64,000 nt of DNA, taken from contig OX638351.1 in NCBI GenBank assembly GCA_951813565.1, forward strand, positions 3,136,001 to 3,200,000. Direction: 5' to 3'. Below, one piece after another: positions 10,348-20,075 of this stretch. This stretch comes from an uncultured Poribacteria bacterium. Its GTDB lineage: Bacteria; Poribacteria; WGA-4E; WGA-3G. The notes under the pieces were generated by a model that saw only the letters and a program-made list of their open reading frames with translations, was not told the DNA's origin and did not search any database. Position numbers and translations under genes: made by a program. The stretch's first letter is position 1, and every line of letters starts with the position of its first letter.

Positions 10348-10380
10348 AAGGCGTAATGTTTCGCATTACGCCTTCCCTCT
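10348..10380 (+). terminator. Hairpin, likely terminator
   Basis: aaggcgtaatg-tttcg-cattacgcctt after the LamG gene. Confidence 0.55.
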
Positions 10381-10397
10381 AATCCAATGAAGGACAG

Positions 10398-10667
10398 ATG
10401 AAAATGGAAGAAAACCATCACGCTGAGAGTTTGGAACATGCACGAAAATTGAACCGCTTGGCATGTAAGCAAATTTCTGATGGTAATCTTGAAGAAGCGA
10501 AAGAGAACTTAATTGAAGCGATACACATAGCGCCCAATTTGGCTGCACCGCACACCAATTTGGGCGTTTTGCATTGTTGGGATGGTGAGTTAGATGAAGC
10601 GATTGCTTTGCATCTCAAGGCACGACCTTTAAAAAGATCAAAACGCACACTGACAATGCAATGCTAA
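10398..10667 (+). pseudogene. Truncated TPR protein
   Basis: About 1.5-2 TPR units (AIHIAPNLAAPHTNLG...EAIALHLKA), then an abrupt non-TPR tail. Confidence 0.5.
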
Positions 10668-10683
10668 TATGGAGATGATGACT

Positions 10684-11964
10684 ATGGCAAAATCACCGAA
10701 CATTCTACTTATCCTCGCTGACGATCACGGATATGGCGATATTTCTGCACACAATGGACCATCAATTCAAACACCAAATATTGACAGGATTGCCACAGAC
10801 GGCGTACGCTTTACACAATTTTATGCGAATTCTTCTGTCTGCTCCCCGAGCCGCGCATCCCTTATGACAGGACGCTACCCCGATAGAGTCGGTGTTCCCG
10901 GTGTGATTCGCACCCATGCCCAGAACAATTGGGGTTATTTTCGACAGGACGCTATCACGTTTCCGTCAATGTTGAAACAGAAAGATTATCGGACAGCACT
11001 CATCGGGAAATGGCATTTAGGTCTTGAAGACGAGAATCACCCGTGCAGACGGGGTTTTGACCACTTTCATGGTTTCCTCGGTGATATGATGGATGACTAT
11101 TACACGCATCTTAGGCATCAGAATAACTACATGCGGCATGACTTTGATACGATTGATCCAAGAGGACACGCTACAGACCTTTTCTCGAATTGGAGCGTGG
11201 ACTTTATTCGTAAGCACGCGCATACATCTCACCCTTTTTTCCTCTATCTTGCCTATAATGCACCGCACACACCGATTCAACCGCCTGATGATTGGGTTGA
11301 ACGGGTAAGAGAACGTGAACCGGATATTTCACCACAACGCGCAAAATACGTTGCACTTGTTGAACACATGGATGCAGGTATCGGACGCTTGCTTGATACA
11401 CTTGAGGAAACCGGTCAGCTTTCCAACACGCTGGTTATCTACACATCTGACAACGGTGGTGCAATGCAGGTCGGTGCTAACAATGGTCAACTGCGTGGGC
11501 AGAAAGGTGAGATGTACGAAGGTGGCATACGCGTGCCTACATGTGCAATGTGGAAAGGACAGATTCCAGAAGGACACGTTACGGATCAGGTAGGAATGCT
11601 TATGGATCTCTACCCGACGGTGTGTGAGGTTGCTGGTGTGCCTATCAACCACGAAATTGAGGGACGTTCAATTTGGCAAACACTTCAAGGAGAAAAACAG
11701 GACTTCTCTGAAAGACTCCTTTATTGGTTGCGAAGAGAGGGCGGGCAACAGTTTCACGGACAGTGTCAACATGCTATTCGGCGTGGCGACATAAAGTTGC
11801 TGCATAACAGACCTTTTGAACCGCTGGAACTTTATGACCTTTCAAGCGATCCGCTGGAAACGACTGATACTTCACAGACGAACGCTAATCTTTATAAAGA
11901 AATGGGGCGTCTGTTTCAGGAAGAGACACAAAAGGCGGGTAATGTGCCGTGGCAGAAAACGTAG
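10684..11964 (+). CDS. Formylglycine-dependent sulfatase (arylsulfatase family)
   Basis: PNILLILADD, CSPSRASLMTG, GKWHLG, TSDNG, YEGGIRVP. Confidence 0.93.
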   Translation: MAKSPNILLILADDHGYGDISAHNGPSIQTPNIDRIATDGVRFTQFYANSSVCSPSRASLMTGRYPDRVGVPGVIRTHAQNNWGYFRQDAITFPSMLKQKDYRTALIGKWHLGLEDENHPCRRGFDHFHGFLGDMMDDYYTHLRHQNNYMRHDFDTIDPRGHATDLFSNWSVDFIRKHAHTSHPFFLYLAYNAPHTPIQPPDDWVERVREREPDISPQRAKYVALVEHMDAGIGRLLDTLEETGQLSNTLVIYTSDNGGAMQVGANNGQLRGQKGEMYEGGIRVPTCAMWKGQIPEGHVTDQVGMLMDLYPTVCEVAGVPINHEIEGRSIWQTLQGEKQDFSERLLYWLRREGGQQFHGQCQHAIRRGDIKLLHNRPFEPLELYDLSSDPLETTDTSQTNANLYKEMGRLFQEETQKAGNVPWQKT

Positions 11965-12088
11965 CCATTTCTCTCATTTACATCTATCTCATAATCGTAA
12001 ACTGATTTAGAAAATACAACAATTGTGCGGTGAATTCACTGTATAATGCCATTTCTGAATGATCGCTTTTGATAAGCAAAAAACGCGT

Positions 12089-12326
12089 TTGTAGTCGCGC
12101 AATTCATTGCGCCTCTTCTTGTAGGAGTGACCTCCTGGTCGCGACTTTTAAACTATATGATCCTTGTAAACACCGAATGACAATGTCCAGTTATAGCGGA
12201 TTCTACAATTAACTGGACATCTGAGCTGTCCGAGGAAACTCCGATTCCCGACTATTAGTGGTTTCGTCGCGATTCGGAGATCGCTCCTACAGAATATATG
12301 TGAACTTATTTACATAATTTACTATA
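12089..12326. repeat. REP cluster and IS630-like MITE (12192-12326)
   Basis: GTAG REPs; imperfect TATAG...CTATA terminal repeats like those of the MITE at 54447. Confidence 0.6.
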
Positions 12327-12529
12327 ATTGTAAAATCTACCATATCAATACCTTGTAGGCGCGCTGTTATAGTATTCAAGTGATTATAGGTTCGCTATAA
12401 AAGGTTTTAGATTTTTTGCACCTACACACTTGCCATCAACCGATGGTATATTTTGCTATCTTCCTGGGTATAAAATGTCTCAATAATTATAGGCTTCATC
12501 TAAATGCTACTGTAGCGTTTACGATTGCG

Positions 12530-12558
12530 TTGACATTCCTCCGCATCCATTATATAAT
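12530..12558 (+). promoter_or_regulatory. Consensus sigma70 promoter of the grpE-like/Hsp70 operon
   Basis: TTGACA-17 bp-TATAAT, exact consensus. Confidence 0.75.
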
Positions 12559-12632
12559 CATAGAGATTTTACTGAATAGTACCGCCTCCAAGTAAACCTT
12601 TGCTAAAAGATGGTTGAATTTTGGGTAAGCAC

Positions 12633-13286
12633 ATGAATGAAAATAACGAGACGAGTCTAAAGACTGAAACAGATGACACAGCAAATTTGTCAACATCACC
12701 GGGAAACGCAGAAACACCGCAACCAAATGGTCTTGCAGAAATAAATCAGACTTTGGCTGCGTTGCAAGACCTATTTGAAAAGCAAATTGCTCGGAACCAA
12801 AATCAGACAGAGATGTTTGACAAAATGTACGCTGAGATGAAGGACTATAAAGAAAGTTTTTTGCTTGAAGTGCTTCACAAACCGATTATCCACAACCTCA
12901 TCCAACTTTACGATAGTTTTCTATCTATAGAATCTCAACTTGATGACATTCTCATCGGTAAAGAAAACAACATTCTCACGGATGAACTATCACAATATCG
13001 CCAGAATTTAGAAAACTTTCGGTATAAACTGGAAGAGGTCCTATACCGCATGGACGTGACACCCTATAAAGACTCCCCTGAAACACTTGACAGACAGTTG
13101 CACAAAACGCGCAAAGTAATTTCATCCGATGATCCAAAACAGGATCAAAAAGTAGCGGAAATTCACAAAATTGGGTTCAACTGGCGAGATAAAGTTTTCC
13201 GTCCGGAAGAGGTCACAATCTTTCGTTATACACCTTCCGCAGGTGAACCTCCTTTGAATAAGAAAGGAGATAACACCAATGGGTAA
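12633..13286 (+). CDS. GrpE-like nucleotide exchange factor
   Basis: Long N-terminal coiled coil; C-terminal LDRQLHK...IHKIGFNWRDKVFRPEEVTI GrpE-type motif; overlaps the Hsp70 start. Confidence 0.8.
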   Translation: MNENNETSLKTETDDTANLSTSPGNAETPQPNGLAEINQTLAALQDLFEKQIARNQNQTEMFDKMYAEMKDYKESFLLEVLHKPIIHNLIQLYDSFLSIESQLDDILIGKENNILTDELSQYRQNLENFRYKLEEVLYRMDVTPYKDSPETLDRQLHKTRKVISSDDPKQDQKVAEIHKIGFNWRDKVFRPEEVTIFRYTPSAGEPPLNKKGDNTNG

Positions 13287-14874
13287 AGTTGTCGGGATTG
13301 ACCTTGGTACAACATTCTCTGTGATAGCACACATCAATGCGCATGGTCAACCAGAGATTATTCCAAATTTAGAAAGCGAGCGTATTACATCTTCGGTAGT
13401 CATGTTTGAGGACAACCTCGTAACTGTCGGAAAAATTGCCAAGCAGAATGCAAGAGCGGTTCCTGAACAGATCGTAGAATTTGTTAAACGCGAGATGGGG
13501 AAATCCAAAGTGGAATTCTTTCGCACATTTGAAGGAAAAGACTACTCCCCTGAAGAACTCTCTGCACTTATTATGACAAAACTCAAGCAGGATGCAGAGG
13601 CATATCTGAATGAAGAGATTACGGATGCGGTTATTACTGTTCCTGCCTATTTTCACGATGCAGAACGGGAGGCTACCCGCAACGCGGGGAAAATCGCTGG
13701 CTTGAATGTCTTACAAGTGCTGAACGAGCCGACTGCCGCCGCACTTGCCTACGGTATTGATCAATTAGGAAATAACCAAAATGTCTTCGTATTTGACCTT
13801 GGTGGCGGAACGTTCGACGTAACAATCATGAAAGTTTCTGAATCAGAGATACAGATGCTTGCAACGAACGGTGATCATCGACTTGGCGGTAAGGATTGGG
13901 ACGATAAAATTATCACGCACGTTGCAGAGATGTTTGAGATAGAACATGGCGAAAATCCGTTGGAGGATCTTCACACATACCAAGACCTTCAACTTGATGC
14001 CATTGCTGCCAAAGAATCTTTGTCTCAGCGGCAGCGGGCATTAATCGTTTGTGGGTATAACGGGAGGACAACTCGCGTGGAGTTGGAGCGCGGAAGGTTT
14101 GAGGAACTGACCGCTGAACTCCTTGAAAGATGCCGCGCCTTGTGTGATGTTGTCCTTTCTGAAGCAGACATGACGTGGACAGATATTGACAAAATCCTGC
14201 TGGTGGGTGGTTCAACTCGGATGCCGATGGTGCAGCAGATGATCGCCACAATCAGCGGCAAAGAGATCAACCCGCATGAAGTCAATCCTGACGAAGTTGT
14301 CGCAATTGGCGCAGCAATTCAGGGAACACTCCGCCAAATATCCGAAGGAAACACTGAAACAGTAGATATGCCTGACGCTGTTATTGAACGGTTTATTGGA
14401 CCAGACGGTGCGCCGAAAGTAACAGTAACCGACGGTGCCACACATAATCTTGGACTCGTTGTCCTCAACTCTCAACGTGAGCATATTATTCACGTCATGA
14501 TTCCTAAGATGACTGCTGTTCCGTGCGAAATTGCCGATAAGTTTTTGACGGTTGATCACAATCAACCCTCGGTTTTAATTGAGGTGGTGCAGGGACTTGA
14601 ACAGGACCAACTCAAGGACGAAATTGACCTATTTGATGAATATAAATTAGGTCAATGCACCCTTGAATTGCCATCAGGTCTACCACAAGGGTCGCCAATT
14701 GAAGTCATCTACAAGTATAACTTGGACCAGAATCTTGAGGTCACAGCTACATCTCTCTCTAACGATGGTGCTACGGCTATCTACGACATTTTTTCCATTA
14801 TTGATCGGCCAACACTCAATGAAGAGGAAGTTGCACAGGCAAAGACTGACCTACAAGACCTCGTAGTTGAATAG
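13279..14874 (+). CDS. Specialised Hsp70 (DnaK-like paralog lacking most of the helical lid)
   Basis: GIDLGTT, TVPAYF, NEPTAAA, DLGGGTFD, VGGSTRMP; 531 aa. Confidence 0.93.
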   Translation: MGKVVGIDLGTTFSVIAHINAHGQPEIIPNLESERITSSVVMFEDNLVTVGKIAKQNARAVPEQIVEFVKREMGKSKVEFFRTFEGKDYSPEELSALIMTKLKQDAEAYLNEEITDAVITVPAYFHDAEREATRNAGKIAGLNVLQVLNEPTAAALAYGIDQLGNNQNVFVFDLGGGTFDVTIMKVSESEIQMLATNGDHRLGGKDWDDKIITHVAEMFEIEHGENPLEDLHTYQDLQLDAIAAKESLSQRQRALIVCGYNGRTTRVELERGRFEELTAELLERCRALCDVVLSEADMTWTDIDKILLVGGSTRMPMVQQMIATISGKEINPHEVNPDEVVAIGAAIQGTLRQISEGNTETVDMPDAVIERFIGPDGAPKVTVTDGATHNLGLVVLNSQREHIIHVMIPKMTAVPCEIADKFLTVDHNQPSVLIEVVQGLEQDQLKDEIDLFDEYKLGQCTLELPSGLPQGSPIEVIYKYNLDQNLEVTATSLSNDGATAIYDIFSIIDRPTLNEEEVAQAKTDLQDLVVE

Positions 14875-14908
14875 GTAAAGACTCTTAAAATAAAACACCT
14901 TTATAGCA

Positions 14909-15890
14909 GTTGTAGGTTGGGTAGAACGGATACCTACAATAAAGTTAGGTGTTGAAGAGGGTTTTAAGATGCATGTGAAACTGAAATTTCTAAAAATGAG
15001 TGAAACCCAACACGTTATCATATAAGGGTTAGTTGGATTTCGCTATTCTATCTATACAAACGTGAGTTTGATAATTAACCAGAGCCATTCAATTCTCCAA
15101 TGATTTCTTTCTTTCCCAAGACTCCAAAAAATCGCGTCAACCACCATGCTGACAACAAAATGCACGCTCATCCAAGATGCAAAAACGTATCAACCCAACT
15201 TTTCCTGCAAACTTATTGTCAATATATTGGATATCTATTGTTCCTAACGCCACAAAAACCTCTGATCACTACATAGAACTTGGTATAATATCAGTATGAA
15301 AAGAGAAAACCGATCCCCAAACACACCGAAAATCGAAAGTAACTCTCTAATGCAAAGACGACAACGCAAAACTTATCAAAATAAAATATCTCCAGCAAAA
15401 GGAAACCCGTGTTCCTCAACGCAGATGAAAAATATAAAATCTAAATAAAATGTCTATAAACCCTTACATATACTGAGTTTATAGTGAATTTCAAAAAGTT
15501 GCCACGGTATGAAAAAAGTTACCGTATGGTAACTTTTTAAGGAGATGATTCCAATAAAATGAGAAGAAAAATACAATCAATTCGTGCATCTGGGAACGAT
15601 TTTTAGGTCCCAATTTTTCGACTAAAACCGATAATTAGACGAAAATTGAATGCCTCTGGATAATTAACAGGACAGAGGCAAATTGAACAGAGAACGGGCA
15701 TATTTGCTTAAAAAATCGTTATTTTGGTGTTTTTAAACCCCCTAAGTCCCCTTATCAGAGGAACTTTAAGAGGAAATGTGGAAGTCCTAACTATTTATCA
15801 AACTCACATTATACAAATAGTCATTGAAAACAGAAGTCCTTGTGAAATTTAATAAAGTTTGATCGTTTACCGCTCTACCCAACCTACGAC
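14909..15890. mobile_element. Three-level nested non-autonomous elements
   Basis: Outer inverted REP pair gttgtaggttgggtagaacgg / ccgctctacccaacctacgac. Middle CGTGAG MITE 15061-15808 (9-bp TSD, 8/9 match). Inner CCAGAG element 15079-15659 (TSD ATAATTAA). Confidence 0.85.
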
Positions 15891-15942
15891 GACTATCTTT
15901 AGGCAGTGGGTAATATCATGTTTGAACAGAAGGAATGAACGT

Positions 15943-17178
15943 ATGTCCAAACGTGAGGAATTTATATCATTTATCAATACCCTCAAAACTGCTTCCCCAA
16001 CAATTACCGATGAACAACGTAAGGGTTTCCTGCGATTAGGAGTCCAACAGCACGGTCTTACTGTTGATGAAGCGTCTAATATCCTTAATGCGGCTGGATT
16101 GGCTATCGGTGAAAGGGTAGATTATTTTGAAATATTAGGATTCTCAATTGCAGAAATACAAAGCTTAAACGAATCGGCTACCGCAAGTCAGGTTGAAGCA
16201 GCACACAAAAAACTTTATACTGCTTCGTTGAGGGCAGGAGGTCGTCCTCGTCCTGATGGTAGAACAGAAGAACAGTGGCGCGTACTCTTGAATCAAGCAC
16301 GTAATACGCTAATAGACCCGCAAAAACGCAGCGTATACGTGGCAACTCAACAACACGAAGAAAGTTTTATAGTCAAGGCATCAAAGCCCAAAAATCTTGA
16401 CAACATGGAGCTTATTCCCGCAGGCGAATTTGAAATGGGCAGCAATGATGACGAATCTTTAGAAGACGAACATCTTATACACACCGTTTTTCTTGACGCA
16501 TTCTATATAGACAAATATCCTGTGACCAATGCACAATATAAGGCATTTGTAGACGCTAACCCACAGTGGCGTAAGCACGACATACCTAAAAAATACCACG
16601 ATGTTGACTACCTAAGACATTGGCGTGGCAGCAGTTTTCCGAAAACTGAGGCTGATCATCCGGTGGTTAATGTGAGCTGGTATGCCGCGATGGCTTACGC
16701 ACAATGGCAAGGTAAACGTTTGCCCACAGAGGCGGAGTGGGAAAAGGCTGCGCGAGGCGGCGTCGAAGATCAAAAATATCCGTGGGGTGATTTTGCGGAT
16801 CCTTCTATGGCAAATTATGATTGGAACGTTGGCGACACCACACCTGTGGGAAAGTACCCACCAAACGGGTACGATTTATATGACATGTGTGGCAACGTAT
16901 GGGAGTGGTGTCTTGATGCATATCATGAAGGTGTTTCTATGAGTTCATCGCCTCAAAATCCAATTTCCGGTGCTAATACTATTGAATGGATTGCTAACCA
17001 TTTTTTAGATGTTGAATCAAACCGCGTATTACGCGGCGGTTCTTGGCGTATTCCTGCGTTGTTTGTGCGGACAGCGAATCGCAACGCAGAAACTCCATCT
17101 TTTTCACTCAATGTTATCGGGTTCCGTTGTGTCTGGGGAGTAACATCTGAAAGCATACCACCTCCTATTGAAATATAG
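15943..17178 (+). CDS. J-like domain (RPD) + FGE-sulfatase/CLec-fold protein, copy 1
   Basis: DYFEILG..AHKKLY..RPDG..LNQARNTLIDPQKR; GEFEMGS, RLPTEAEWEKAARGG, GNVWEW, RGGSW, IGFRC. Confidence 0.85.
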   Translation: MSKREEFISFINTLKTASPTITDEQRKGFLRLGVQQHGLTVDEASNILNAAGLAIGERVDYFEILGFSIAEIQSLNESATASQVEAAHKKLYTASLRAGGRPRPDGRTEEQWRVLLNQARNTLIDPQKRSVYVATQQHEESFIVKASKPKNLDNMELIPAGEFEMGSNDDESLEDEHLIHTVFLDAFYIDKYPVTNAQYKAFVDANPQWRKHDIPKKYHDVDYLRHWRGSSFPKTEADHPVVNVSWYAAMAYAQWQGKRLPTEAEWEKAARGGVEDQKYPWGDFADPSMANYDWNVGDTTPVGKYPPNGYDLYDMCGNVWEWCLDAYHEGVSMSSSPQNPISGANTIEWIANHFLDVESNRVLRGGSWRIPALFVRTANRNAETPSFSLNVIGFRCVWGVTSESIPPPIEI

Positions 17179-17213
17179 GTAAGTCAGACCGATTCTGGAA
17201 AGAGAACTAACCG

Positions 17214-18578
17214 ATGTCCAAACGCGATGAATTCATTACAATTATTCAGGCAGTTAGAAATGCTTCGCCGACTATTTCGAATGAACAACGCAAAGGGTTC
17301 CTCCGACAAGCGGTACAGCAGCACAATCTTACTGTTGAAGAGGCGACTAATATCCTTGATGCGTCAGGATTGGTTATTGGTGCACAGATTGATTATTTTG
17401 AGGTATTAGGTTTATCTATCTCAGAACTTGAAAACCAAAGTGAATCGGTCATCGTAAATCGCGTTGAGACAGCACACAAAAAACTGTACAGTGCTTCTTT
17501 GAGGGCAGGTGGTCGTCCCCGCGCCGATGGTCGGACAGAAGAACAGTGGCGGAATGTCTTAAATCAAGCACGTGATGTGTTGAAAGATCCGCAAAAGCGA
17601 ACTGAACACATTGCAACGTTACAGGCTGAAATATCGCAACCTGTTGATCTTACCTCGCGACAGGAATTCCCTACACCAGAAAGGACATCTTTAGGAATCT
17701 CGACCCCAGAAGATATGTTGCTTATTCCCGCAGGCGAGTTCCAAATGGGAAGCAATAACGAAAGAGCAAAAGTCCGTAAAAAACCTGCTTGTAAAGTCTA
17801 CGTTGATGCGTTCTATATGGACAAATATCCGGTAACGAACGCACAATATAAGGTCTTCATCGATGCCAACCCGCGGTGGGGAAAGCCATCAAAACGGGAC
17901 GAGTGGAATAGGGTGAAAAAGATACTATCTATTTTTGGGAAATACCACGATGGAAACTACCTAAAACATTGGCATGGCAACAATTTTCCGGTTGGGAAGG
18001 ATGATCATCCTGTAACTCACGTCAGTTGGTATGCGGCGATGGCGTATGCGCAATGGGCGGGAAAACGTCTACCAACTGAAGCGGAGTGGGAAAAAGCAGC
18101 TCGCGGCGGATTAAAAGGACAAAAATACCCATGGGGGAATCTCATGGATTCAAATATGGTGTTTTGTGGAAAGGATGTTGGCAAGACCACTTCTGTCGGA
18201 AAATATCCCCCGAACAACTACGGTTTGCATGATATAGTAGGGAATGTCTGGGAGTGGTGTGTTGATGAGTATGTTCCGAATTTCTACTCTTCTGCACCGG
18301 TTCGGAATCCAGTTGCTGGTTTAAGCACAAAAAAGGAATTAGAGTTATTAATTTTCAATTTTAGGAACGTTTCAACTGATCGTGTATTACGGGGTGGGTC
18401 ACTGTTTACTTCATCAGAACCCATTCAGACGGCTATACGTCGTGGGCGTTCGCCACTTCTCACAGTGGTATATTCAACAAAACTCGTGACCTCACATTCA
18501 ACAAGGTTCGCTGCTAACATAGGTTTCCGATGTGCTTGGGACACACGGCTTAAGTCGAATTTTTATAACCTGTATTGA
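17214..18578 (+). CDS. J-like domain (RAD) + FGE-sulfatase/CLec-fold protein, copy 2
   Basis: Same architecture as copy 1. Confidence 0.85.
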   Translation: MSKRDEFITIIQAVRNASPTISNEQRKGFLRQAVQQHNLTVEEATNILDASGLVIGAQIDYFEVLGLSISELENQSESVIVNRVETAHKKLYSASLRAGGRPRADGRTEEQWRNVLNQARDVLKDPQKRTEHIATLQAEISQPVDLTSRQEFPTPERTSLGISTPEDMLLIPAGEFQMGSNNERAKVRKKPACKVYVDAFYMDKYPVTNAQYKVFIDANPRWGKPSKRDEWNRVKKILSIFGKYHDGNYLKHWHGNNFPVGKDDHPVTHVSWYAAMAYAQWAGKRLPTEAEWEKAARGGLKGQKYPWGNLMDSNMVFCGKDVGKTTSVGKYPPNNYGLHDIVGNVWEWCVDEYVPNFYSSAPVRNPVAGLSTKKELELLIFNFRNVSTDRVLRGGSLFTSSEPIQTAIRRGRSPLLTVVYSTKLVTSHSTRFAANIGFRCAWDTRLKSNFYNLY

Positions 18579-18633
18579 TCCCTACTGTGGATCCGTTTAC
18601 ATAATTTTTACGATAGAAACACCAATTTACGAC

Positions 18634-20010
18634 ATGTCTAAACGCGAAGAATTTATTTCAGTCATCAATACACTCAAAGCACTTTCCTCTACAATTACTG
18701 ATGAGATGCGCAAAGGACTTCTACAGCAAGCGGTACAACAGTATGGTCTATCTATAAGTGAAGCGGATGAAATACTTCAGGCATCGGGACTAATTGTTGG
18801 TGAAAGGACAAACTATTTTGAAGTTCTGGGATTTTCCATAGAGGCGCTTCAAGACCAAAGTGAACCCGCAATTGCAAATCGCGTTGATGAAGCACACAAA
18901 AAATTGTATAGTGAATCGTTACGTGCAGGTGGTCTCCCGCGTCCGGATGGTAGGACACAAGAACAGTGGCGGACTGTTTTAAATCAAGCACGTGATATCC
19001 TGAAAGATACACAAAAACGGGTTGAACACATTGCAACGTTACAGGCTGAAATCTCCCAAAGTGTTGATCCTATATTGTCAGAGGAACTTCCTATTCCTGA
19101 ATCAGAGGAACTTCCCATATCTGAACAGACATCTTTGAGTGTTTCCGTGCCAGAAGATATGGTGCTTGTCCCAGCTGGTGATTTCCAAATGGGAAGCAAA
19201 ATCGAACTGGGGAGTACACGTGAAAATCAAGAGCATACAGTCTACGTCGATGCATTCTGTATGGATAAATATCCAGTGACAAACGCACAATACAAGAGGT
19301 TTATTGATGCAATTCCAGCATGGCGCAAGTCATCAAACCGGAGGCGTCGGAACAAGCTAAGTATCAGGATGATCTCTAATGTTGATATGTATAAGTATAA
19401 CGATAGAGAATACCTAAAGAATTGGGATGGGAACAACTTTCCGAATGGAAAGGAAGACCATCCCGTCACTCATGTCAGTTGGTATGCGGCCATGGCGTAT
19501 GCAAAATGGATTGGCAAACGTTTACCGTCAGAAGCTGAATGGGAAAAGGCGGCACGTGGCGGCTTAGCCGGGCAAAAATATCCATGGGGTAACTCTTTGG
19601 ATGTAGATAAGGCATATAGTGATAAGAATGCTGGCGAAACTATTTCTGTAGGAAAATTTCCTGCCAATAACTATGGACTGTTTGACATGGTGGGGAACGT
19701 CTGGGAGTGGTGCCTTGATGCGTATGATCCAGATTTTTATACTACTTCACCACTACGGAATCCAATTGCAGGTGCAAACTCGAAGGAGGATCTTGATAAA
19801 TTAATTTCGAACTTCTGGGAAGTTACAACTGATCGCGTATTACGTGGGGGTTCACTGTTCACTTCATCAGAACCTGTTCAAACGAGTGTTCGATGTAGCG
19901 GTAAACCTATACGTACCAGCTTCCTCACCTCACTGTATTTATCAAGTTTTGTGGCGAATATTGGGTTCCGATGTGCTTGGGACACACAGCTTAAGTCCAA
20001 ATCTTTATAA
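18634..20010 (+). CDS. J-like domain (RPD) + FGE-sulfatase/CLec-fold protein, copy 3
   Basis: Same architecture. Start set by homology (MSKREEF). Confidence 0.85.
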   Translation: MSKREEFISVINTLKALSSTITDEMRKGLLQQAVQQYGLSISEADEILQASGLIVGERTNYFEVLGFSIEALQDQSEPAIANRVDEAHKKLYSESLRAGGLPRPDGRTQEQWRTVLNQARDILKDTQKRVEHIATLQAEISQSVDPILSEELPIPESEELPISEQTSLSVSVPEDMVLVPAGDFQMGSKIELGSTRENQEHTVYVDAFCMDKYPVTNAQYKRFIDAIPAWRKSSNRRRRNKLSIRMISNVDMYKYNDREYLKNWDGNNFPNGKEDHPVTHVSWYAAMAYAKWIGKRLPSEAEWEKAARGGLAGQKYPWGNSLDVDKAYSDKNAGETISVGKFPANNYGLFDMVGNVWEWCLDAYDPDFYTTSPLRNPIAGANSKEDLDKLISNFWEVTTDRVLRGGSLFTSSEPVQTSVRCSGKPIRTSFLTSLYLSSFVANIGFRCAWDTQLKSKSL

Positions 20011-20075
20011 CCTATTCTGATTTTTAGAGTGGATACTTTTACATAATTTTTACGATAGAAACACCAATTTACGAC

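Noticed and set aside
12633..14874. Housekeeping grpE-dnaK operon
   Set aside because: The Hsp70 is short, lacks the lid and the VLLLD linker, and there is no canonical dnaJ or hrcA nearby. Gene symbols were withheld.
15079..15659. Transposase inside the CCAGAG element
   Set aside because: There is no ORF of 60 aa or more and no recognisable DDE motif, so it is treated as non-autonomous.
15859..15942. N-terminal extensions in the ORF track (also 985, 4497, 18532, 25053, 57524)
   Set aside because: They run through repeats or neighbouring genes. Paralog alignment and RBS positions support the downstream ATGs.
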